Source of the DNA: Octopus vulgaris
Taxonomy: Eukaryota
Assembly: GCA_951406725.2 (NCBI GenBank)
Contig: OX597824.1
Span: 95,294,001-95,358,000 of the forward strand
Length of the DNA stretch: 64,000 bases
Reading direction: 5' to 3'
The notes under the pieces: model-generated
Told to the model about the DNA's origin: nothing
The model's input: only the letters and a program-made list of their open reading frames with translations
Databases searched by the model: none
Shown here: piece by piece, positions 24,231 through 35,797 of the stretch
How positions within the stretch are numbered: the first letter of the stretch is position 1
How the letters are laid out: each line of letters opens with the position of its first letter
Translations under genes and position numbers: made by a program

Positions 24231-25572
24231 TCTAAAATATGTTGAGCAATAATTCAATATTTTCATCTTGCATCCAAGCTATGCAATGTATCTAGGGAAA
24301 ATATTTTAGGTTATAAAGCTTTGACCTTTTGTCCCTTTTGTATCAATGTACTTTGATTTCTATATCTTCATGTCTCAAAAATATCACCACAAGCCCTATA
24401 TGTGAAGTGGGCCTATATTACATGCTTTAATTCAAGAAAATCCTTTTCCTGGAATATGTGCTGCTGAAATTAGGGTGTGTCTAATATACCCATGTACCTT
24501 TTATGCCATCAAGTACAGTAAATGGTATTCAGCAGAGTGTTTATATCAAAATGGTACATTTCCTATTTTCAAATTAGAATCAAAATCATAAGAATTATTA
24601 AAATCTAAAAGTTAAATCTAGAAATTAATGATTGAAAATAGCAAAACAAGCAGTCTAGATTTTTCTCAGATAATAAATTGTAAAATAATTTTTGCCAGAC
24701 TGTAGGAAAATAGAAGTCGGTAATAATTTGAGAATGCGGTTTGTAGAGTGACCTGCATGTGTATAAAAGGTGAAATGTGCTTTGCAACAGATTGGTTGTG
24801 GATATATTTAAATTGTTTTTGTCTTTGGTATGCTAATTCACTTAGTGTTGCATTTTGTTTATTAAAGAGAAAGAAGCCTGGTCTGCAACCATATGCACGC
24901 AAATGGTGCCAGCATATGTTTTTTTGATGCACTTTCCCTGATTGATTAAAAGTAAAGTTTTCAAATCATTCTGATCTAAATGAATTGCTTTCTGCATTTC
25001 TCTTTTACATTTATAACCGAAAGTTTCATTGGACTGTGTTCTGAAATAGCTCTTTGATATTTATATATTCCTTTGTTTTTCAAAATGTTTATGGCAGGAA
25101 AGGAAATTACACTGGCAGCTGTCTGTGTGTATTAAGTATCTGGACTGTGTAGTTGATAAATCTCCAACTATTTACAGATTCAGATTCTAGATGTGAAATA
25201 CAAAATATATTAACTGTAAACTTGTGTATAAACTTGGCAGCTGATGTTACCAAATTTAGAAACATAGTTTAATGAGTTTTAAGAATTTAATCTATTGCAA
25301 CTAGTTATGTATTGTGTTGTTAAATTTTCTTAGTCATTATTTTCTTTTTGATCCATCTCCAAACTAAATTTTTTATCCTCTTATGTCATTCCTATTTTTT
25401 ATGCTTGCTTGAGATGCTGGGTTTTAAAAAATTCAGATATTTGTATTATTATGAATTATAGGTGCTAGTGTATTACTAACACCATTAACTACTTTGGTAT
25501 TAACATTCAGTTTAGGAGAAAATTATGTGAATTTACATTAATATTCAAGACAATGTCATTAACAGAATTTTA

Positions 25573-26230
25573 TTGGGTTGTCTGGAAAGTTTGTGCCGAT
25601 TTATAGTAGCTTACCTTTTGACTTATCTTAGAACATGGTTGAGTCCATAAAATAGGATTTGACTACACCTCCATTTAGAGCACAGTTTAAGCTATCTTTT
25701 CATGGAAGAAGGTTTCTATTCTTATAACCTGTGTTAATTTTGTAACCCTTTAAAATGGAAGATAATGCATGATTAGTTCAAGGCAATGTGGCTGAAAAAG
25801 CATTAACTTTGGAAGAATAATGTGAACACCAAAGGGTTAAGCTATCTTTTCATGGAAGAAGGTTTATGTTCCTATAACCTGTGTTAATTCATATTTAAAA
25901 TAGAAGATAAGAAAGTTCATTTTCGCATTTGATGCACCAGATGTGTTATCCATATTCACTCCTTCGGATTTCCACTCATTCAAGTCTCTGAAGAATAGTG
26001 TTAATGGTAAAAATTTCAATTCCTCGGATGACGTAAAAAGATACCTTGATGAATTCTTTGCCAAGAAACCACCTCAATTCTGGGAAGAGGGTATTTTCAA
26101 GTTAAAGGAAAGATGGAGACGCATTGTGCAACAAAATGTTTCATATTTGGTTGATTAAAATGTAATGGCAAGTATTAATTGACCTTTCTCTTTCCTTTAA
26201 AAATCAGCACAAACTTTCTGAACAACCCTA
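25573..26230 (+). mobile_element. Mariner relic (Hsmar1/SETMAR-like C-terminus), internally deleted
   Basis: TIRs T(T/A)GGGTTGT..GAAAGTTTGTGC(C/T)GATTT, TA TSD; PSDFHSFKSLKNSVNGKNFNS...FWEEGIFKLKERWRRIVQQNVSYLVD; internal duplication of about 50 bp (25690/25838). Confidence 0.92.
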
Positions 26231-26539
26231 TACAATAGGCTACAAAACCAAAGGTCACATTTTTGCTAATTAGAAAAATTCAAGTAAAAAAATTGCCTGA
26301 TTAAACAATAAACTGACTGTGCTAAGTTTTGTTTTATCTCTACAGCCGTAATATTAACTTGTTATGGTGAGTCCAAAGATAATGTTTATGCATCAACATG
26401 CTTCTCGGTATCATCTTGCACAAAACCATTGTTCTTTCTCTCGCTGTCAGCATCAGATTTACTCCAGCTCTGTCATGTGTTCAGTCAGAATTCTATTTTC
26501 GTTTCTAACTCGTGTTCCAGTTTGTGCTTCTGCATCAGA

Positions 26540-26699
26540 CATGGCTGTGAGCTTTGAGAAGTTTGAATTCCCAACTATGCGTTTAGGGTCCAGCCCCACC
26601 GCATGGCACCTTTGGCAAATGTCTTCTACTGTAGCCCTGGCCTAACTAAAGCCCTGTGTGTGGATTTCATAGATGGAAACTGAAAGAAGCTTGTCATTG

Positions 26700-26740
<41 letters not shown>

Positions 26741-26964
26741 CACACACACACACATACATATATATACACACGCATATATATATATATACATACATCAATA
26801 TATACATATATATATATACATACATCAATATATATATATATATATACATACACAATATATATATATATACATACATCAATATATATATATATATACATAC
26901 ATCAATATATATATATACATACATACATCAATATATATATATACACACACATATATATATATAT

Positions 26965-26995
<31 letters not shown>

Positions 26996-27290
26996 GATAT
27001 ACACGCACACATACATATATATACATACATATATGTGTGTGTGTGTATTGTTTGTGTCTGCGCATTTCTTTGTCTTCACATCATGTGATGGTTGTAAGCA
27101 TGTATCACCATCATACAAGTGATGTCCATTTTCAGTCTAACATGAAAAAGATGTCTGGCCATGGGGGAAATATTACCTTGCTTAGAAACAGGTGAAGAAG
27201 GTTGGTGACAGGAAGGGCCTCCAGCTTGAGAAAATCCTCCTCAATAAATTCTGTCTGAATTGTGAAAGTGTGCAGACGTGAACACTAAAT
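26540..27290 (+). mobile_element. SINE family B variant with an expanded internal TA/CA/CATACATCAA tract (26701-27045)
   Basis: B head, GGAAACTGAAAGAAGC, microsatellite, then a GGTTGGTGACAGGAAGGGC tail. Confidence 0.7.
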
Positions 27291-27642
27291 GACAGAACTC
27301 TCCATTACAGCCTTCAACTCACAAATTATTCCGATGAAATCCTTTCTCAGTTTGACTTTTATCTGTAAAAGGATTATTTTTTAAGACATAATCTCTATAA
27401 GTCTTCTTCTACCATTTGGTAATCAGTAGCTTACTAGACATCAGATTAAAATACAATTTCAACCAGTTAGCTTTTAATTTTATATCATTAATATTCTTCA
27501 AACATTTGATACTAAGTATTTTTAACTACTACCCTTATCTACATCCACACATTTCAATTAAAATTAGTGAATATAAAGTAATAATAAAATTGATATACAC
27601 ATACATATGTATATCACCATTTTATTTATATATATGTGTATG

Positions 27643-27768
27643 TACTGTTGTGTCTGGGGAGAGTTATTTTCTTTTTGTGCCTTATAATTTAACACACTTA
27701 CTGGTAAAATTTCCACTTATTTCTTATTTTTATTTTCCTAATTTTTTTTGCGTCTTGCAACCTTTTCA
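27643..27768 (-). mobile_element. Penelope-like terminal repeat fragment (same family as 6969-7182)
   Basis: Near-identical to 7028-7096; ends in a decayed hammerhead-like core on the minus strand; flanked by TA/CA tracts. Confidence 0.55.
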
Positions 27769-27825
27769 CATACATATATATAACGCCACACATCCTCTTC
27801 CAAGTAAGTTTTATCTATCTATCTA

Positions 27826-27867
<42 letters not shown>

Positions 27868-28383
27868 CACACACATACACACGAAGGGCGTCTTTCAGTT
27901 ACTGTCTACCAAATCCACTCACAAGGCTTTGGTCGGCCCAAGTTGTCACGCAGTTGGACCGAACCCAGAACCATGTGGTTGGTAAGCAAGCTTCTTACCA
28001 CACAGCCTCTCCTGCATATATATTACTAAATGATTTTGACCTGATGCAGTTTCTTCTTTCTTGCCAAGTGACTTTATGGTTGTAGCCTGAATATTTATTG
28101 ATTCTCCTAGTTTTCTCTTGTTCTGAATTTTGTGTTTAATTTGGGATGTTGGAGGTGATTCGCTTTCAGAAACTCCACTCATGTAAAAGGAGTGGTTTGT
28201 TTTGCATTGGACTAATAGCAGACTACTAGTGTTTACTAAGTGGTGAAGTGCTGACCGTTTTGTGTAGCATTTCAATTTACGACCTTCTAGTTAGTACTTC
28301 ACCACCAAACGACCACCAAACTTTCATTTTCTATTTAGAAAGCTATGCTGATTCTCTCTCTCTCTCCCTCCCTCCCCCCTTCG

Positions 28384-28415
<32 letters not shown>

Positions 28416-28647
28416 TTATATATAAACACACACACACACACACACACACACGGGTGGTTGCTGAAAGATTCCTGGCTTTGGGTAAAAGAAAATACAGGCA
28501 GATTATGATTTTATTCAACCTGTTCCCCTCTCAGATTCTCACACTTATTGCAGGCCCTGTAAAAAGAACTTGGATGGTTTGGGCCTCCAATCAGGTCTTT
28601 TGCAGTACCCTTAAAGCCAGAAACTTTTCAGTGACACCTTGTGTGTG

Positions 28648-28860
28648 AGGCAGTGAGCTGGCAGAAACGTTAGCATGCCGGGCGAAATGCTTAGCGGTAT
28701 TTCATCTTCCGCTACGTTCTGAGTTCAAATTCCGCCGCGGTCGAATTTGCCTTTCATCCTTTCAGGGTCGATAAATTAAGTACTGGTTGTGTACTGGGGT
28801 CAATCTAATCGACTGGCCCTCTCCCCCAAAATTTCGGGCCTTATGCCTAGAGTAGAAAAG
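28648..28860 (+). mobile_element. SINE family A, single-unit copy
   Basis: GGCAGTGAGCTGGCAGAAACGTTAGC...GAGTTCAAATTCC...CCTAGAGTAGAAAAG. Confidence 0.85.
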
Positions 28861-29789
28861 TACCCCCTCGCGTGTGTGTGCACACACACCCATATATATA
28901 TACTCACATATGCACATCCACACGTTGATGTGTTTTGTGTAACATTTTTTTTTGTGACATCAGTTGATTTAATTCATAATGGTTTTTAAAAAAATGCATT
29001 TTCCCTCCTTTGTCTGGTGATGTGTAATAATAAAGAGTCCCAAATCTGTGTCCTTTCTTCATAATAAAGTAATTTTCTCCTGCCACTACTTAGGTTAACA
29101 AATGAAGCTGCCATCTTGATATACATTTGGTTGACAAGTCATTGACATTGTCCAACGGATTTAGCACCAAATTATGTTTCACTCAATTTTGCTCTGATAC
29201 ACGTATTTGTAGTTTTTTTCCTTTTCTTTTTCATAGTTTTTTTTTTATATACTAAACTTCACTTTTATCTCCTCAAAGAAATTATATTTCATATACATAC
29301 AGTTTCCTTCCCATTCCTCACACCACCACCACCACCACCACGCTTGATGCTGCACTTGATATAAGGGATAAGGCTGATAATTAGGGGACTTAATCTGTTT
29401 ACTAAGGGGATTTAGTTATTAGTAGTCATGAGATCAGTAGTTGCTAGACTTTATTAACGATAAGAGGTTTAATTTTCTTAGCTCTCTTCTTCTACTAAAA
29501 CTTATTAATAACTGAATGAATCAGGCCAGCCTGTTACACATATCTCAGATAAACTTGCTGAATTCAATAACAATGAAATTTCTATCTATACTTCCTTCTC
29601 TTTTCGTAATATAAACATTTTTCTAGATTAAAAAATTTTTTCTTTTCTTGTTTTATCTTAAAATCTTTTTCTAATCATTTAAAACTTAAATACTACATCT
29701 AAAACGCTGATTTTCTGGACACTGATGACCCAGAACCTCGTATAATCTGCTATAATTTATGAGCAGTAACTTCAAATTCCTGCAGTCAC

Positions 29790-30018
29790 CAGTTACACAG
29801 ACTAGTTGGTACTTTGCACAGTACAGGAAGTTTTGTCAGTGAACAGGTCGTAGTCTCAAAGCGAAGAAAATATTTTGACAAATTAAATTTAAATGTTGAA
29901 GTGAATCTAACGGTTTTTGTGTGTTTCTTAAATGGCTTACAAACACCTTCCACACTGCAATTGTTTTCGTTCCAGCACATGATCTCAGATCAAGTTACTT
30001 GCTATGCAAGTACATCTC
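29790..30018 (+). mobile_element. Interspersed repeat (Penelope-like terminus) carrying a variant hammerhead motif
   Basis: 29894-29961 is homologous in reverse orientation to 60029-60096; contains the motif at 29832-29882. Confidence 0.55.
29832..29882 (+). ncRNA. Minimal type I hammerhead-like motif with a G3-C8 swapped core
   Basis: TTTGTCA-GTGAACA-G-GTCGT-loop-GCGAA-GAA-AATATT-T-TGACAAA: perfect 7-bp stem I, palindromic stem III AATATT, one mismatch at the base of stem II. Confidence 0.55.
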
Positions 30019-30106
30019 CAGAAATAATAAGCTTGTATCATATATACTAATTTACAGGTTTCTATATTTCATTTAATTATTTAAATAAATTTAATATTGT
30101 TTTTTT

Positions 30107-30320
30107 GATGCCAGTACCGCCTGGTTAGCCCCTGTGCTAGAGGCACATAAAAAGCACCCACTACATTCTGAGTGGTTGGCGTTAGGAAGGGCATCCAGCT
30201 GTAGAAACTTTGTCATCAGATTGGAGCCTGGTGCAGCCTACAGGCTTGCCAGTCCCCAGTCAAACCGTCCAACCCATGCCAGCATGGAAAGTGGACGTTA
30301 AACGATGATGATGATGATGA
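30107..30320 (+). mobile_element. SINE family C
   Basis: GGTTGGCGTTAGGAAGGGCATCCAGCTGTAGAAAC; (GAT)n tail. Confidence 0.85.
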
Positions 30321-31195
30321 TAATTAACGATCATATTAGCACATTTATAAGGTACCCATTGATACTGAAAATGTTAAGTAGAAGACACTTGCCCAAAGTT
30401 GCCAGACAGTAGAACTGAACCTGAAACCACCTGGTTAGGAAATGAGCTTCTTAACCACACAGCCATCCCTGTGCATCTGTTGATGCTGATTTGTAATGGC
30501 CCATCACATGCCGAAACATCAGCATTTCAGTATGTTAGTGTTAGCATATTTAATGTGTGACTCATTAAAAAACTAATTTAAAATAAATATGCAGTTGAGG
30601 AATAAACAATTTTAGTCAGTGTTTCATATTATTTTAATTCTTGCAGCAAGCACAGGAGACAACTGCAGACACATTTTGATTTCAGTCAGAACCACATAGG
30701 CAAAAACATAGCCTTCGCTGTACTTGCTGAAAAACTGTTGAAATAATCACTAAGTTAAAGTGCAAAATTTTGCAAAATTCTACATTGGATGGTGTGAGGC
30801 CAGCATTTGAGGCACTCATCAAATTCTCTATCTTAGACTCTCATAGCACATCTCAGTTCATAGTACAAGAATATTTCCTTACTCAGCGAGAACACATACA
30901 CATTCAGAGATATTTATTGGAGGCATTTCATATGAAACTATTTTTGCAGTTTATCTGATAAAATAATTTGCATGTTACTGGGGAGCAGTGTTCAGGTTTA
31001 TTTTCTTGGTGGGGGTTAGATTTTATATTTAGAAAGTATTTGACATATTATTTCTTGTCCTTTTTTGTTTTTTGTAATTTTTCTTCAAATTTAATTTATA
31101 ATTAAAATACATGGCATAGCTTTATCAAAAATTCGGCTGACGTCATAAAAAAAAATATCTTCATATGTAATCTGTCTCATGAGATCATAGTTTTA

Positions 31196-32185
31196 TAGGC
31201 TCAGGCGTGGCTGTGTGGTAAGAAGCTTGTTTTACCAACCATGTGGTCTTTTGGTTCAGTTCCACTGCATGACATCTTGGGCAAGTGTTTTCACTATTGT
31301 CCTGTGCTGACCAAAGCCTTGTGAGTGGATTTGATAGACAAAAACTGTGTGTGTGTGTATGTGTGAGAAAGAGAAAACCTATCATGTGTATATCTATGTG
31401 TGCGTGTGTGTGTCTTTGTCCCTTACTACCACCTAACCACCAGTGTGGGTTTCTTTATCTCCCCATAACTTAGTAGTTCAGCAAAAAAGGGAAACAGAAT
31501 AAGCACCAGGCTTAAAAATAAGAACTGGGTTCCATTTGTTTGATTAAACTTTTCAAAGTGGTGCTCCAGCATGGCCACAGTCCAAAGACTGCAACAAGTA
31601 AAACATAGAAGATGTATTTATGATAAGCAGAGCAATTCATAGAATTAGCTTTTATTCCAAGTCTATAAGTTTTAGGTTCATAAGAAATATTTTCCCCTTG
31701 GATGGGTAGGACATTAACCTGTCACTGGGTTTGATCTCCAACAATGTGTTACCCACGCAAGGTTTCAGCGTCCCTTGCCAAAACTGACTTCGTTAATTAA
31801 CTGATCATAAACAGGTGCAGGAGTGGCTGTGTGGTAAGAAGTTTGCTTATCAACCACATGGTTCTGGGTTCAGTCCCACTGTGTGGCACCTTGGGCAAGT
31901 GTCTTCTACTATAGCCTCAGGCCGACCAAAGCCTTGTGAGCAGATTTGGTAGACGGAAACTGAAAGAAGCCTGTTGTATATATGTGTGTGTGTGTCTTTG
32001 TTTGTTACCCCACCATTGCTTGACAACTGATGTTGGTGTGTTTATGTCCCCATAGCTTAGTGGTTTGGCAAAAGAGACCGATAGAATAAGTACTAGGCTT
32101 ACAAAGAATAGGTCCTGGGGGTCGATTTGTTTGACTAAAGGTGGTGCTCCAGCATGGCTGCAGTCAAATGACCTAAACAAAAAAA
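31196..32185 (+). mobile_element. Two full-length family B SINEs (about 31196-31610 and 31813-32185)
   Basis: GGAGTGGCTGTGTGGTAAG head, GGGTTCAGTCCC B box, CORE-like GGCACCTTGGGCAAGTGTCTT, GGTGCTCCAGCATGGC tail. Confidence 0.85.
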
Positions 32186-34791
32186 AAAAAAAGAAGAAAA
32201 GCAAATAAAAGAAAGCTGATGTGTTGCATTGGTCTCATTGAGATTTGAGTCACGTATCTCTGTGTACGAACAGGATGTGATTAATTATTCGAGTAGAAGA
32301 TGTTTTGGAACAGCTGTTTTGTCATCACTGATTCGACACCAACTTATTTGACATCAGGCGTTTTAATGTTTCTCTCATTCTCTTCCTCCCTCTCTTCTCT
32401 CTCTCTCTTTATTTCTCTTTATCTGCATCAGACGGAATGTGTTTAAATCAGTTGTGTTCAATTAATATATCTTGTAATATCTCTGTCCCTCTCTCTCTGT
32501 CTCTCTCTATCAGTTTTTCTCTACAAGTTTCTGATCACACGTACACATACGCATATATATGTGTGTGACTGCAGTTGGTTCTGTTGCCAAAACCGGGCTG
32601 AATTTTCAGTCAGCTGTGCCAAATCATGTGTGTCCAAAGAGCTGCACCAAATTGTCTCATTCTGAGATGATTAATGCCAACAGTCTTTCACTTTTACTCA
32701 TCCTCTACTCTTTTATCCCCCCATCCTTTCACCGAGGTACAACTAGTAACGACTTCAAAATTCTGGCTGCTGTTAGTTAGTGGCTATTGATTTTATTTGT
32801 TGTATCAAAATCAAACAACAAGCTTATTTCAATGAATATACTCCCCCCCCCCTTTTCTTTTTTTTTTTTTTTTGCTCTCCAGATTTCAAATGATTTCAAT
32901 ATTGAAGAGCTTCATTATAAACAGTGTCTTGTTTTATCAATTCTGATTAGAAATTCATAGTGTTGAATGTTGCATGAGGTTCTGGTTGCTGAATCTGGTT
33001 GTAATCTGTATAAATACTGTTTAAAAACGTAAGTGTATATTTATCATTCTATCTTAGTTTACCGTTTACTAATTTCTTAGGTCTATCTTAAGTCCAAGCA
33101 CTAAATAAGGATGGAACTTAGCCTGGCTTACATGACATATAAGTGATTGAGATTACAAGATTACAACAGGTACCACTGGACAGGATGATGTTTCATCACA
33201 GGATCAACTCCCCATCTGTTGCTGAAACACATTTTCAGCTGAGGGAAGTGGAGAAATGTTAAATGAAGTATTTTACTGAAGAACATAATGCACTGCCCGG
33301 ACTGGGAATCGAAACTACGATCTTATGATCATGAATGCAGCACCTTATAATGACTAGGCCACTCGCCTTCACAGCTGACTACTAAAATGGAAGAAAATTT
33401 CAAACTGTGTTGTTGAGACTGTAGATAAGGAAATTAGATTCAGGCCTTTTAAACATGATTGCACAAGTCAGATGAAGGGAGGTACTTTTGGCTTTAGATG
33501 AAAAAAAAGTATTTCAATGTAACTGTTTTTTTTAGTTTACATTTCTTGGTGTGAAGTAATTTTTATTGAAACATAATTTATGCCTTTTAATTTAGAATAT
33601 GCTTTCAGTGCTATGAACAAAAAAATGAAAAAAATATCGACTATTTCTCTGTCGTACTGTTGGCTGAATTCCAATGTTCTTTGAAAAATTTTCTCTTGAA
33701 CTTTATTTTTCATGTTTAAGTGACAATTTATGAATTGCATTCTTTATTAGGAAATGAACTTCTTATCATCTTCATCATCATCATCGTGTTACTTTTCCTT
33801 GCTTGCATGGCAAATTTTCAATAACCAGATGCCCTTTCTGGCACCAACCCATACTTGTTTCCAAGTAAGTTAATATTTTCCCATAGCCAGACATGTTTTC
33901 GCAGAAGATCTGAAATGAAGGACAGGACTTGCATGACACTGACCCTTGTTTACAGCTGTCACATAGTGTCAAGGGGACAGTAACACACACATGTTGGGTT
34001 TCTACCACACAGTGGGACTAAACTTGAAACTATTTAGTTGGGAAGCAAACTTCTAACCCTAAATCCACATCTCCATCTATTAAAATAATTTCATTCATTA
34101 AGACGAATACTTTTAACCGGAAAGTTAAAGGGTCAGAAATGCATAATCGGGATCAGCAAGAGGAAGGAACTTAAGTGATTTGTAAAGGAAACAGAAAGCT
34201 CCTTAGAAAGTACTGCTTCCAGTTTATGAAATTCTTAACATCCAAAGCAGATAAATGCTATTACATAAGGTCAGAGATCATTCTGAAGAATATATCAGCT
34301 GGCTATAAGAGTCGACTTAATACCTTAAGATTTAGAAATTTAATGTTTTTGTTAGATTACAGGACAAGAAAAATATTTATGATTTGTTTTTTCCATCTGC
34401 TTTCATAATCTTTTTGGTCTTCATTTCTTTTACTTGGTATAGGTAGGAATTATTTAATTCTGAACTTCTGAATTCTTGAAATCGTTTAGGCTTAGAGCTA
34501 GTAATTCTGTTGCTTCTTACCTTTAATCATATGTACATAATTGTTTTGATAATGTTCTTTGCTGCTTTGTGATGAAGTATTGATATTAGGAGGTCACCTT
34601 AAAAACATGTTCCTACAATCCAAGCAAATGTTTGAAATTTGCTTAACTAAACACCTTAGCAACGACTGTAAAACAGCTAACTGACTTACCTAACCAAACA
34701 GCTAAGCGCATGGTAAAACAGTTAAATATGTTGCTTAAATAAACATTGGCGAGCAATAGTTTTACAAAAGTAAAAATTTTAAATAAGATTC

Positions 34792-34824
<33 letters not shown>

Positions 34825-35601
34825 GCACAGGTATGGTTGTGTGGTTAAAAAACTCACTTCCCAGTTGTGTGGTCTTGGACTCAGTTGCACTGTGCAGCAC
34901 CTTGTGCAGTTGGCTTCTGCTATAGCCCCGGGTCAGCCAATACTTTGTGCGTGGATCTGCTAAACAGAAACTGAAAGAAGCCCATCGTGCATGTGTGTGA
35001 ATGGGTGAATGTATTTGTGTCTACCTTTCTTTTATGTGATGGTTGTAAATGAGCATCACTGTCATACGAGTGGTGCTGATCATTTTCAGTCTTCCATGGA
35101 AAATATGTCTGGCTGTGGAAATATCCACTTGCTTGGAAACGGGTGAGAGTTGGCAACAAGAGCTTCCATCCATAGAAAATTTGCCCCAACAAATTCCATC
35201 TAAGCGGATGTCAAGTGGTGATGATAACAAAAACAGTTTGGATTTCTAATAATTATTCGCATCTGTCAAGTGGTGCTCCAGCATGGCCACAGTTTGGAAA
35301 CATTTTCATCTTGACAATTTCTGCAGTCTGAAGTGGTTAAATTTAAGTTGATTTATACTACAAGGATTTCGAAATAATATGGTGCTCTACTTTGGCTTTA
35401 TTAATTTTTACAGCTATGAGCATCTAAAAAATGTTTCAATGTTACTCCAGTTATTTGCAACATTATCTACAATGAAAATAATAATAAAAAAAAAATCAAT
35501 CTTTCCTAAGTCAGAATTCTGCTGCCTGGTGTGTCGGAACCATTAAAATGATTTCCTACTTTTTTTTTGTCAAATGAAATTCATGACTTTGACTGGCTTA
35601 A

Positions 35602-35797
35602 CCCTTTCGTTACTGCATTTATTTTGAGATGCTCTGTGTTTCTTTCAATTAATTTTAAATATAACAAAGAATTTAGTAAAATAGGAACACAAATTGTGAC
35701 TAAGGTTTGGTGAAAGATTTTAATTCAAAACTTATGAAAACAAGGCATTTGTACTACAGAGCCAGAGCCGGTTTCGGCCAGGTTGGTATCGAAAGGG
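35602..35797. mobile_element. piggyBac-like MITE
   Basis: TTAA|CCCTTTCG...CGAAAGGG|TTAA; second copy at 45267-45482. Confidence 0.85.

Noticed and set aside
30483-30525. ATGCTGAT...GGC..GCC-GAAAC-ATCAGCAT hairpin resembling a hammerhead
   Set aside because: No acceptable NUGANNA box and no room for stem III.
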